A stretch of 64,000 nucleotides of DNA from Naegleria gruberi (lineage: Eukaryota), in assembly GCA_000004985.1 (NCBI GenBank), contig GG738878.1; one strand, written 5' to 3'. Shown here in pieces: positions 33,089-44,600 of this stretch. Numbering within the stretch: position 1 is the first letter of the stretch; each line of letters begins with the position of its first letter. Below the pieces are notes generated by a model. It did no database searches, had not been told where the DNA came from, and saw only the letters and a list, made by a program, of their open reading frames with translations. Position numbers and translations under genes: made by a program.

Positions 33089-33575
33089 GAACAACAATTC
33101 TTACACTTTATTCGAAACTAATCATATATAAACAAAATACATTCCTTGCACAAAACATTCACAATACATATTACTATCGTTTACTTGCATGTTCATCACC
33201 CTTTCGAATAGATAACAACAACTATTTCTAATAACCCAGGAATGGAACATTCAACTCGTTCCCTCTCTTTTCTCAAGAGTTGACTGAAAACTCAAAAAAA
33301 AAAGCCTTTTTCGTCTGATTTTCCGACATCCATCACAACAACACAGCGAATTTATTAATAATCATCATCAACACAATATTGAAATTCCATAGCCATTATC
33401 CATCATCATCATCATACAATTAAAACAATCATTAACATCATCAATTAAATTGTTTTTATTGTTGTTGTATTATATTGGAAAAATAGAAGAATTTTAAACT
33501 TCATCATCATCACCATCATTATCTTTATAAAATTCATTCTAAATTTTGAAAAGATTGAAGAATCAATTGGATCCA

Positions 33576-36500
33576 ATGGCAGCTCTTGGACTCATCTATT
33601 TTGTATGTACACTCTTTATTGGAGTGGCTGCTTTTGTTTGGAGAAAATTCTTTTCTTCGAATGCTAATAATACGACAACAACGACTACAACTTCTTCATC
33701 ATCGACATCGACATTGGGTGATGAGTTGGTTCAGAAAGATGTTTCTTCTAAAGTTTCACCTAGAGTATTGGAAACTGGAAGAAAGGAAGAGGAAATATTG
33801 GATGAAACATTGAAATCTGTATTGGAGGAATCTGGTATATTTATTGAAACTAATGATGTGAAGGAGGAACCAATTAGTGTGGAAGAATCATCAGACGAAA
33901 CCTTGTCGGAAGTAAAGACAGACGAAATTCAAGAAGAATTGGAAGAAGTTTCTACACCACAACAAGAAGAAGAATATCAAGAAACATTTACTGAAGAAAA
34001 ACAAATTTCCATACCAGAAGAGTTATCGGAAACTTGTCAAGAGGAAATTCTGTCCCAAACCAAAGATATTACCGACATGAAAGAGGAAGAACATTTGACT
34101 GATATCACAGAAAGTCAGCAAAAGGACATCACAGAAGAAGAAATAGTGGAAGATTCTACTACAGCAGTGGAGGACAATGCTAAGGAGAGCATTGTTGTTC
34201 CAACAATTGTTACAGAAGTAAAAGAGGAGAAATCAGAACCTAGTGAATTGTACATAACTTGCCTGATTGTATTGCAGGCAATTATTCGAGGATACTTACA
34301 AAGACATTCAATGGGACAAGTGAAAGAAACTCTCTCAATGATAACACAAGGACTGTTAAACTCTTTCAATATCAGAAGTGAACTTGAAGAAGAAAAGAAC
34401 AGTTTGACAACAATGCAATCAATTGTGAGAAATTCCAACTCTGTTAGGAAATTTATGGATGAAAAACAAAAAGTACAACTCATTCAAGCTTTTATTCAAT
34501 CCAAGTTGGAATTTGTGAAATCTTCGGAACAAAAAGACAAGGTAATAGAATTGCAATCCATACTCAAATCAAAGCTCTTAATGAAGAATCTAAAGAGTTT
34601 ATTAGAAAGTGTATCTACATTACAGAGCTTTTTGCATTCTAAAATAGTAGAGGAGAATTATGTGAGTACTGTATCAACAATCCAATCTCTGCAAGCAAGA
34701 GTTCGATCAAACTATGAATCCAAACAAGTGGAAGAAGGTTTAAAGAGCTTGGAGATTTTGCAATCCAGATGCTTGAAATCTATAGTAGAAAAGGATTTAA
34801 GGAATCAATTAGAAAAAATCACCATCCTACAATCAAAGGCACGCACATTTATTATTGGTAAAAAGTTAAGAAATGAAATTGAGAATTGTAAATTAATTCA
34901 AAGTGCTTGCACAGCATACTTGAAGCAAAAACAAATTCTCCATTTAGAAAACTTATCATCAATGATTCATTCATTTGCTGCTAGTAAGCAAGATAGACTC
35001 AACTATAGAAATAATGTGGATAATGTCAAAACTTTGGAATCCGTTATGAGAGGATACTCCCAAAGAAACAGTATGACAAATGTATTGCACGCCATTACAG
35101 ACCTGCAATCTCATTTAATTGGACAAAATTCAAGAAAGTCGTTGCATAAGAGTATTGACAGAGCCAACACACTATTGGCTCTTTCTAAGGCAAAATGCTA
35201 CAAGAAATCATTAATGGTTGACAAGTCACGACTCGTAATATTACAAGCACTTGCTAGATCGAGCATTACCAATAGAAAACTGAATGCCAAACAAGCAAGC
35301 GAAGAGGACTTGGCATTATTAGTCCAATCTCTACATAATGGTTCAAAGTTGAGATCAGAACATTCCGAGAAAGTGAGGAGTGTAAACCTCATTAATAGTT
35401 TACTCTCAGCAACTAAATCAAGAAATACTTTCAACAAAGAAAAGCTCTCAATTCAAACCATTCAAGCAGCTCTCAACAGCCACAAAGTCCAACATTTACA
35501 CTCGAACGACATGTCCAACATTGGCCTTATTCAATCTGTGATAATTGCAAAAAAGGCAAATGATGTCAAAACTACAGCAACCAACAATATAATTCTCCTA
35601 CAATCATTAATAAGAGGAAGGCAAATTCAAAAAGAAAAGTCTCACAACCTTGATCATGCACATGTTTTGACAGCTTTCAGCAAAGGAAGATTGATGTTAC
35701 ACCTTTTCGAGTCACAAGTAGCTACCACCACCAAAATCCAAAGTTTTACTAGACAATACACATCCCGAAAACAAATGATGAAAGAGATTGATAATGTTTG
35801 TCTCTTGGAATCTTTGTGCACTGGGTTTGTGGAAAGAAGAAATCTTTCAACAGAAATTTCTAATATTTTGCAATGTCAAAGTTTGATTAGAGGATTTATG
35901 ACAAGAAAAGTCAGAGTTTCGGATGATCAAATTGATCAATTAGAGAAGAAAACACATTTCGTCTCCATGATACAATCATCTATGGATGGTAGAAATATTC
36001 GAAAGATTAGAGAACAAGCAGCTGCTCATGTGAAACTTTTCCAAGCTGTTTCTAGGGCCTTTTTAACACTAGACAGCTATCAACAACAACAAATCATCTC
36101 CTTGCACTTGCAATCTATTTGTAGGAGTGTTATGGAAAGGAAAGCACTTTCAACTGACTTGAATAATCTTCTTGGGTTGCAAGCTCTGTGCAGGAGTAGA
36201 TTAATTACTAACAGGTCCAAAGTTGACAAAAATAGAGTTCAAATAGTGCAATCAAATATTAGAAGATATTTGGCACACAAACACTTGGATCAAGAAAAAT
36301 TGAGAGTAGCCAATTTACAAAGTTTGATTCGTGGATTTGCTAACAAACAATTTGTCAAGGATCAAATTGCTAGAGTGACAGTTATGCAATCCATGACTAG
36401 GGCATACTCTTACAGAAAACAAATGAAAAATTCACAATCTAGAATCAATATATTACAAGCTAAGATAAGAGGATATTTAGAAAAAACAAGAATTGAAGGA

Positions 36501-39500
36501 CAAAACTCTCTTTCTAACAATCTAGGATCTGTCATGAAAGGATTTGCCCAAAGAGTCAAGCTATTCAAGGCAATAACCAGCACTATACCAACTATTCAAT
36601 CCTCTGTAAGACAATTTGCATTGCGTAAAGGAATTAGTGAATCATTGGGTGCTATCATAAATATTCAATCACTGTGCAGAAAACACTTGCAAAGTGAAAG
36701 CAAGCCCCTCTCTTTGAATAGAATATTATCCCTTCAAGCACTAATTAGAACATACTCTAAGGGAAAACACACAAATCAACAGTTGGGCAAGATTCCATAT
36801 ATTCAAGCTCTTTTCAGAGGAAAGCAGGCAAGAAAAACCATTGTCAAATCCTCAGATGTTTCACCTATTCAAGCAGTTGCTAGATCACTCAAACAGAGAC
36901 GTGTTATGGAACAATCCGAACAAGGTATTACCAAAATTAGTGCAGCTCTTCTTGGTTATTCCAAGAGAAGAGAACTATTCCAAAGTATGAAGAACATAAC
37001 TCACTGTCAAACTATTCTTAAAACAGTGCTTTCATCCAATGATTTGAGAAGCCAAACGAAACAGTCTCTTGATTTGATATCTAATTTGCAACAAAAGCTT
37101 AAAACTAGATTGGAATTGGAACGTTTTGAAAAGAAAAAGAAAAGTAGCCTACTTTTACAATCTTTGGCTAGAGGCTGCACTATACGAAAGTTTATTAGAA
37201 ACTCTGTCAAACCTTCAGTTGAACTTATTGATTCACTCTGTATTGGTCACATAGAAAGAGAAAACCACAGAGACAAAGTTGAAAAAGCAACATTATTACA
37301 AAGCATCAGCAGAAGAGCCCAAGCATGCAACCAAATTTCTGAACAAAGACAAAAGTTATTACTTCTTCAAGCAGCTTTCAAATCATGGAAAACTCGAGAT
37401 ACTTTCAAGAAGGAACTAGAGGATAAAATTATTCACGAGCTTGAAGATAAAATTAAGAGAGTTGTTGTCATTCAAGGCTTTGTAAGAGGTTACCTCTTCA
37501 GAAGAGATAACTTACTCTACACAAAGAGGAGACAGGAATCCCCAACTCAACAAATTAGTGAACTACCTTCCACTGCTGAAATTTTACGTCAACTCTATCA
37601 AAATGATGAGTTTGGAGACAATGAAGATAGTGAGGAAGAAGTACAACTGGAATATCCAGAAGAAGCTGATGACATTCCAGAGCCAGTTATAATTGAGGAG
37701 CCACATGTTGAAGTAACTGTTAATAGTTTCCTGGATACTCCATCTTCTCCTGAGGAGCTACCAAGTATTATTCCAATTCCTCTTCACAGAAGGACTTCCA
37801 ATGCACCACTTCCTGCTATCAATATTACAGCATCCACCCCAACACCAACAACAACCGTAACTCCTTCTGTATTCTCTAAAGAACCAGTTGGTATTACCTC
37901 CTCAACTAAAAATACTCGTCTTCCAAGTCAAAAACCTCCAACCAGAAGACAACTCATTCAAAATATTATTGAGGAATGTAAAAGAACAAAGAATCCAGTC
38001 TTGAATCTGTCTGGTTATGATTTGGAAACTTTACCATACTCTGCCATTGATTGCAAACATGTCACAGAACTCATTTTGTCTCAAAATAATCTTGTCACTT
38101 TACCTTCATGGTTTGTTGATACATTTAGTGATTTGAAAGTGTTAGACTTGAGTGGAAATCAACTTTATGAGCTTCCAATTGATTTGGCAAGGCTTTCATT
38201 GACAAGTATTAATTTGAGTAATAACAAGTTGGAATTTTTACCTCAAGCATTGAACGAAATGAACACATTGACCAAGATTGATATTAGCGAAAACGTGCTT
38301 CTCAGTTTACCAAGTACTATTAGTCATTTGGTTAATGTTGAAGAGTTGGATATTTCCAACAATTACCTAATGACATTGCCTGATGATATCAAAAAATTGA
38401 AAAAGCTCAAGAACTTCCAATATTATAATAATGAATATCTTCAATCTGAAATTTCTAAAATTGCAGAGGTCATTAGCGCAGTATCTGGAGAAAAAGCAAA
38501 GACCATTATTCAAAAATTGAGAAATGAAGACAGCATGGGATATAAGGAAATTGGCTTATCCAACAAACATAAGGAAAACAACTTATTCTTGGATCCTTAT
38601 GATCTGACAGATATGTCAGAGGCAACTGAAATGTATAATGGTGAAGATGGTGAATCAGATTATAGTATGACAGATGATGTTGTACTGTCTCCAAGATTAA
38701 TGAGAAATAATTCCTCTGCCACTATGGTAGAAACAGACACCACTTCAACTCCAATGACACCAATATCTGGAAGAAATAATGACTATCTGGATACACCTCC
38801 TACTCATACACTTTCTGTAACAACAGAAGAATATGGAACACCATGTATCACCCCACCAGCAATTTCAGATTCAGATTCTGAATCTGATGTCACCCCACCA
38901 AAATACAATCCACCTGTCACTATTCCTCAAATCAAATTAGAAGTTATTGAAAATTTGGATTCACCTTCATCATCTCCTGCTGAACATTCTCCAATTTCTA
39001 TGCATCCTCCAAAAGTAATCATGACTGAAGAGGATAAGAAGGTCAACTTTGGACAACTCAACAAGGAAGGAAATGAAAAATCCTTGACAGATGTTGTTCA
39101 CATGGAGCATCCACTATTTGCTACTCCAAAGATTAGACCAGTTAGTGCCTCCTACAAGAAGGTAGCACTTGAAGAGTCTGAAGAAGAAAGAAAAGAAAGA
39201 GAAGCAAAAGAAAACAAAAAATCAAAGGAAAGAATTAACATGGTTCTTGAAATTCTTGAAAGTGAAAGAAAATATGTCAAATATCTGGATGTTTTGTGGG
39301 ATTTATTCTATGAACCAATTGTAAATAACTACTTCCCAGCTGATAAAAATAAGAATCCAGAAGAAAGTGAACGATTGGTACCTAAAATGATTGCCAAGAA
39401 TTTCTTCCCTAATGACTTGCTTACCATCAAGACTTTCAACAAGAACTTCCTTGTCAAACTTGAAGACAGATTTAAGATTTACAAAGGTGATCCAACAAAG

Positions 39501-40604
39501 ATTTATGACATGTTGATTGGAGACTTGTTTGAAAAGATTGCTCCATTCTTTAAAATTTACACTTCCTATCTGAGTTCATACGAATCTACAATGAATAAGA
39601 TTAGAGAATACAGAGCTGAAGACAAGATTTTTGACAAGTGGCTTGACAAGAGGAAAACCCATCCAAGATGTGCAGGTTTGGAAATTGGTAGCTTTTTAAT
39701 TATGCCAGTCCAAAGAATTCCAAGATACAAGTTGCTATTGGAAAATTTGTGCAAGAATACACCCCCAGATCATGCCGATTACTCCAACTTGATATCAGCC
39801 ATTGAGAAAATTACAGAATCTGCCACTACTCAAAATGCTAAAATTAAGGAAACCAACAATCGTATCAAAGTTTATCAATTATCCAGACTAATGAAATTGA
39901 GTGATTTAGTCCAACCACACAGAAGATTGATCAGAGAGGGTGAAATTGTTTTTGGAGATCAACCAAAGATTGAATATAAGGCCTATCTCTTCAATGACAT
40001 TTTCGTATTCAGAGAAAAGAAGAGACAAAAGACCAAAGTTGCCAAATCAGTGAAAGCTTACTCACTTCTCGATGCATTCATTAGTGGAGGTGGTCAGAAT
40101 AGACTCTCCATGATTCTACTCAACGCAGAAAAGAACAAGACAGTAGAAAAGGAAATCCTATTCCCTTCACATGAGGTTAAAATGGAGTGGGTATTGGAAA
40201 TTGAGAAGGCACTCGAAGAGGTCAGAGAAAAACGTGAACTCATCTCGAAAGGAACAAAGGCCATCGTGAGAACTAGTAGTAGAGCTGGTAGATTTTTCAG
40301 AGCTCTCAAATCACCAGGTAGAAAGGGTGATCTCTCTCCAACCTCTTCAAATCTTTCCTCCACCACTATTGGTCAACCTTCAACTCCATCAACATCTGCT
40401 CCTGAGCTAAGAGGCGTTACCAGAACCAATTCCACTGTTTCAGATCAATCCACAACAAGTGTTGTCTCCAATTTGTCGGTCATTTCATCAACCTCTAATG
40501 TTGCCTCTTCCTCAACTTCCTCTCTCAGCAGTAGTAGTGATGGAAAGAAAAAGTCAATCCTCGGTAAAATCATGATGGGATTTGCCACCAACAAGAAAAA
40601 GTAA
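33576..40604 (+). CDS. Giant multidomain protein: N-terminal TM anchor, acidic region, about 40 tandem IQ-like motifs, leucine-rich repeats, RhoGEF (DH) domain and PH domain
   Basis: The track ORF starts at TTG 33546, and the first ATG is at ~33576 (MAALGLIYFVCTLFIGVAAFVW, hydrophobic). About 1000 aa hold repeated [ILM]QxxxRGxxxR-type IQ motifs (LQAIIRGYLQRHS, LQSLIRGRQIQKE, CQSLIRGFMTRKV, LQAKIRGYLEKTR...). LRRs follow (LNLSGYDLETLP...LDLSGNQLYELP...INLSNNKLEFLP...LDISNNYLMTLP). The DH domain is ERINMVLEILESERKYVKYLDVLWDLF...FLIMPVQRIPRYKLLLENLCKNTPPDHADY. A PH-like region follows, and the tail is S/T-rich. Confidence 0.75.
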   Translation: MAALGLIYFVCTLFIGVAAFVWRKFFSSNANNTTTTTTTSSSSTSTLGDELVQKDVSSKVSPRVLETGRKEEEILDETLKSVLEESGIFIETNDVKEEPISVEESSDETLSEVKTDEIQEELEEVSTPQQEEEYQETFTEEKQISIPEELSETCQEEILSQTKDITDMKEEEHLTDITESQQKDITEEEIVEDSTTAVEDNAKESIVVPTIVTEVKEEKSEPSELYITCLIVLQAIIRGYLQRHSMGQVKETLSMITQGLLNSFNIRSELEEEKNSLTTMQSIVRNSNSVRKFMDEKQKVQLIQAFIQSKLEFVKSSEQKDKVIELQSILKSKLLMKNLKSLLESVSTLQSFLHSKIVEENYVSTVSTIQSLQARVRSNYESKQVEEGLKSLEILQSRCLKSIVEKDLRNQLEKITILQSKARTFIIGKKLRNEIENCKLIQSACTAYLKQKQILHLENLSSMIHSFAASKQDRLNYRNNVDNVKTLESVMRGYSQRNSMTNVLHAITDLQSHLIGQNSRKSLHKSIDRANTLLALSKAKCYKKSLMVDKSRLVILQALARSSITNRKLNAKQASEEDLALLVQSLHNGSKLRSEHSEKVRSVNLINSLLSATKSRNTFNKEKLSIQTIQAALNSHKVQHLHSNDMSNIGLIQSVIIAKKANDVKTTATNNIILLQSLIRGRQIQKEKSHNLDHAHVLTAFSKGRLMLHLFESQVATTTKIQSFTRQYTSRKQMMKEIDNVCLLESLCTGFVERRNLSTEISNILQCQSLIRGFMTRKVRVSDDQIDQLEKKTHFVSMIQSSMDGRNIRKIREQAAAHVKLFQAVSRAFLTLDSYQQQQIISLHLQSICRSVMERKALSTDLNNLLGLQALCRSRLITNRSKVDKNRVQIVQSNIRRYLAHKHLDQEKLRVANLQSLIRGFANKQFVKDQIARVTVMQSMTRAYSYRKQMKNSQSRINILQAKIRGYLEKTRIEGQNSLSNNLGSVMKGFAQRVKLFKAITSTIPTIQSSVRQFALRKGISESLGAIINIQSLCRKHLQSESKPLSLNRILSLQALIRTYSKGKHTNQQLGKIPYIQALFRGKQARKTIVKSSDVSPIQAVARSLKQRRVMEQSEQGITKISAALLGYSKRRELFQSMKNITHCQTILKTVLSSNDLRSQTKQSLDLISNLQQKLKTRLELERFEKKKKSSLLLQSLARGCTIRKFIRNSVKPSVELIDSLCIGHIERENHRDKVEKATLLQSISRRAQACNQISEQRQKLLLLQAAFKSWKTRDTFKKELEDKIIHELEDKIKRVVVIQGFVRGYLFRRDNLLYTKRRQESPTQQISELPSTAEILRQLYQNDEFGDNEDSEEEVQLEYPEEADDIPEPVIIEEPHVEVTVNSFLDTPSSPEELPSIIPIPLHRRTSNAPLPAINITASTPTPTTTVTPSVFSKEPVGITSSTKNTRLPSQKPPTRRQLIQNIIEECKRTKNPVLNLSGYDLETLPYSAIDCKHVTELILSQNNLVTLPSWFVDTFSDLKVLDLSGNQLYELPIDLARLSLTSINLSNNKLEFLPQALNEMNTLTKIDISENVLLSLPSTISHLVNVEELDISNNYLMTLPDDIKKLKKLKNFQYYNNEYLQSEISKIAEVISAVSGEKAKTIIQKLRNEDSMGYKEIGLSNKHKENNLFLDPYDLTDMSEATEMYNGEDGESDYSMTDDVVLSPRLMRNNSSATMVETDTTSTPMTPISGRNNDYLDTPPTHTLSVTTEEYGTPCITPPAISDSDSESDVTPPKYNPPVTIPQIKLEVIENLDSPSSSPAEHSPISMHPPKVIMTEEDKKVNFGQLNKEGNEKSLTDVVHMEHPLFATPKIRPVSASYKKVALEESEEERKEREAKENKKSKERINMVLEILESERKYVKYLDVLWDLFYEPIVNNYFPADKNKNPEESERLVPKMIAKNFFPNDLLTIKTFNKNFLVKLEDRFKIYKGDPTKIYDMLIGDLFEKIAPFFKIYTSYLSSYESTMNKIREYRAEDKIFDKWLDKRKTHPRCAGLEIGSFLIMPVQRIPRYKLLLENLCKNTPPDHADYSNLISAIEKITESATTQNAKIKETNNRIKVYQLSRLMKLSDLVQPHRRLIREGEIVFGDQPKIEYKAYLFNDIFVFREKKRQKTKVAKSVKAYSLLDAFISGGGQNRLSMILLNAEKNKTVEKEILFPSHEVKMEWVLEIEKALEEVREKRELISKGTKAIVRTSSRAGRFFRALKSPGRKGDLSPTSSNLSSTTIGQPSTPSTSAPELRGVTRTNSTVSDQSTTSVVSNLSVISSTSNVASSSTSSLSSSSDGKKKSILGKIMMGFATNKKK

Positions 40605-40778
40605 CAAGATCACAACATTCCCAAAAATGTAAGGGTTTTGAAGGTTTTGCTTCTAATTGACAATTCCAAATCAAAACAGAGAAAAGGAATTGCACCTTAT
40701 GACGACTGTAAAGTCAAAGTCCATGGTCGTCCACGGAGTTGAAAAATTCAATGTTGTGAAGAAGAAAAAAAAACAAAA

Positions 40779-41631
40779 TATGAACATTTACATTGTCTCA
40801 CTACTTGTTGCCATGATATTGGGAGCTGGGTGTTTGGTGGAAGGAAATAAACCATTTTTATTGGGTTTCTATGAGGAGAATTATGAGAGATTCGTTGGCA
40901 AGTTTGACGTGTTGGATTTTGATAAACTAAGAATTTCACAAATGAAGGTACCTTCATTCTTGGATTTCAAGTGGTCAATTGGTGTTACTAACACAACGGC
41001 AGCTCCATTGTGGCATTTGATTGATGTTGGCGAAGTTGATTATGGACAAACTGTTGTTTTCAACAGCAAGTTGAATATTGTTGAAAAGCAAAAAAGCCAC
41101 TTTCCACCACATGACACAATTATTGATACTGCATTCGAGGTTCCTTCTTTTGAAGGAGTAGGATACATGCTTATTAGAAATGCCTCATCTAATAGCATGA
41201 GAGTAGACAGAGTCAATTTGAAGTTGAAAACACATACAGTGGCGAATGTAATTCCAACACTAAATGCAACTCATATATCAATTATTTATATGAATAGAGA
41301 ACGTTATCTTATCACCTCAAATCTCAAACAATTGTCCTTTTATCACATTGAAAAGCAATTCCAAAAGATTGCTGACATTGTCACTGATTATCCAGTGCAA
41401 GGAAAGTTTTTCTATAATGCTAATGATGATGCAATCTATGGTGGTTTGTTTAGAAATGAGTTGTTTTGGGTTGTTAGGTTTACCCTGGACTTGGTTAAGA
41501 AAACTTCAAACTTTGATCCTTACTATGTTTGGAAAACTCAATCCAACAATGTTAATTTATTGGGAATTGTAGAGGAAGTTGATCACATTTATTATACTCC
41601 ATTAATGTTGAAATGTTTACAAGTACACTAA
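40779..41631 (+). CDS. Predicted secreted protein of unknown function
   Basis: The in-frame ATG at ~40779 gives MNIYIVSLLVAMILGAGCLVEG, a classic signal peptide. The track start at 40657 is non-ATG. About 283 aa with N-glycosylation sites. It converges on the IP3R-like gene with about 36 nt between their stops. Confidence 0.45.
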
Positions 41632-41667
41632 TTTCAAATCCACAACAATAAACATTTGAAAACTATT

Positions 41668-44600
41668 TTACTTGGCTGATTGACTTTGTTTTTGAGAGCC
41701 TCCTTGTTGAGTGGAATTGGAAGATTCCTCTCTCAATCTAGCTCTATATTCTACATTTTCCAAAGTAATGGAACGAAGAATAGGGAAGAAGGAAACATCT
41801 TGCTCATGAACACAATTACTCACATATTGTTCAGAACCTGTATATTCTGTCTTTGGTTTTCTATTCAAGTGAATGAGGAAGAAGAGATAGTTCCACATGT
41901 TGTGTTCCTTTCTGACGTGATTGTTAAAAGTAATACCTTCGTTGGCCTTTTGGTCAAATCTAGCCCTCTCAATATCGCAAATGAAACACTTATTCTTGAG
42001 ACGATCTTCAGTCTTTTCACGATTTTCTCTCAACTCGGCAAATGATTCCAAAATAATACCGAAAACTACTTCAAACAATACGACAATAACAACCAAGATG
42101 AAGAGCATGTTGATAATTTCTCTTGTCCAGATTCCCCAACTTGGTGTGAACTGATCTTCGAAGAAACCACCTGTTCTCAAACCATAATTCAACGTATTTA
42201 GCATACAGTCAGCTGCTGAATCACATAAGAATTGCTTATCAGAGTTATCACTCTTGAGATAGAATGTTTCTGGTACAAAGGCGAATATCATGAGGGAGAA
42301 GAACCAAATTGCCACAATCATGAGCATGCTTGTTAAAACGAAACGTTCTGCTGTTGTTTGAATACTGAGCACAATATCATACAGTGTATCAAAACGAACT
42401 ACAACTTCAAACAAGTGAATGGCATAGACAATAGGATTAACTGTCAGACCCAATACTGAAACTACCCAATAGACCACAAGGAAGGAAACGTAAAAGTCTT
42501 TGGCTAGATATTTGAGGTAATTCTTATAGAATTGTCTATCTCTTGGTAAATCTTCCCACTTCTCTCCCATTTTCAACTTGAATTTCTTCTTAACTTCCAA
42601 AGTTGCAAAGAAGTATAAATAGGTACCAAAAAGCAAGGACGTAGTTACTAATTGAATGACACCGAGAACTGTCTGAACGTAATCTAGCCAATCTGTTTTC
42701 CAATCACCTTGATATTGGAAACTACCAGTAGTGGAATCATCTGGATCGGAATAACCAGGAAGTGGAATATCTCCAGGAGTGACGGCATACATTTTCTTAA
42801 AACCAAACAATACGAAACAGTTAATAATGAGAGAAAGTAAGAAACTCAAAAGCTTGATCTTACTCCAATTGTCCTCTCTCAAAAACCTCCACAAGAAGGA
42901 AACTATGAAATTACTACTTAAAACCTTTTGATTTCTATCAGATTCAAATTGTTTGTAGTGAACAATTTCTGTATAGAAGGTATCAGTTTGATCGAAAAAG
43001 TTACGAATCTTTTCTTGTGCTGTGTACTCCTCAGAGTTGACAGAGGTGAGGAAATTCTTACGGGATTTTTCTGAGAGGAAGCTACTTTCATTTGGAATTC
43101 GGTAGTAAACATTTTCTATAGTATTATTTCTAACAATTTCCATTCTTCCTGTTTCTTTTTCAACTGGTACCAGGTATCTGGAATATTCTGGAACTTCCAA
43201 CAAGTGTGAAATTTTCTTGTTACTATTTTCAGAGAATGTACTCTTTGAGCTACTTTGGCTGTCATTAACAAATATATTCTCACCATCAGATAGGGTATTC
43301 AATAGGAAGTAAATTTGGAAAGCAATCTCTTCGTATTGTTCGGTAGCCTCACAAATTCTCTTTTGCTTTTCTTTGGTGAGCTGTTTATCTCTAAAGCTGT
43401 CTCTGAATCCATCTTGGGTAACTTCAGCCTGTATTCTTGAAGTCATTTCTTCCTTTGCACCAATATTCAGGTCAATCTTGGGCAAGCCTTTACCTCTACT
43501 TTCATCAATGAATTGGGTTGGTGTGAAAGAAATAACGCAACACTTCTTTAAAAATTCCATAATGTCTGGGAAATTCAAACTGTCTCTCATGATCATTGCA
43601 ATCTTGTGATTGTTGCTTCCTTCCAACAAAGAAGTCAAACAAATAAACATGGCTCCCTTCAATTCCAAGCACTTGTCCAACTTGAAAACACCCTTATAGT
43701 CCTTTGACATAATTTCATTACAAACAAAGTAGAATTTTGGAGACATGCCAATAACTTGTTGAGTGGTTAGGCAGGGGCCTTGTACAAATTCAGTGAGTGA
43801 ATCAAAACATTGGATAGCTGTTTCAATATTATCAGCTGTAATGTCTTTTTCTAGAGCTACAATAAAATTCAGGCACTCTTCAACAATATTGAAACTTTGA
43901 GTATTGTACTTTTGTTCTGCCAAATAGTGCTGCAAGTCATTGTTGTGACCTTCTGTCATCAATTGGAGGAAACGTAGAATTTCTTCAATATGTCCCTTTT
44001 CTTCAAACTCTTCTTGGAATGTTTCTTCATTTTCTTTTTCATTATCATCTGTTTGATTACTACTAGATGATTGAGCAGTTGGGGTAGCAGGAACAGTTCC
44101 AGGATTGTCTCCTCTTCTCAACTTTTTGGCTCTGTACTGTTTGAAATCTTGCTTCTTTTCCTGTTGTCTCTTGTAGTAGGCTTTTCTTTCCTTAATTTCA
44201 TCAATAGATAATCTGATTCTGTCACGAATGGACAAGAAGAATCTTTCCGTGCTTCCCTTCTTGAAGAGGGAGTAAATATAGCCCTGAACAATATTGTTAC
44301 CTTCAAAGAGCATGGAAACACCAAGCTCAATGGAAGACTTCATAATTTTGTGATCTTCACTGCAAACCATTTCCAAAACCAGTTCTGGTATTTTGGCCTT
44401 TGCCAAGTCATGGTGGAACTTGTTTAATTTTCTTTGTCTCTGCTCAGCATTCAACTTTTCCAAAACAGATTCATCTTGTTGAGTATTCATAATTTGCTTT
44501 AACATTTCAATGGAATAGAGGGCTAAATTACTAATACTGCCTGCCTTTCCAATAATTTCTCCGTCTTTACTTGAAGGAGCTAATTCTGATATTCTTCTAA

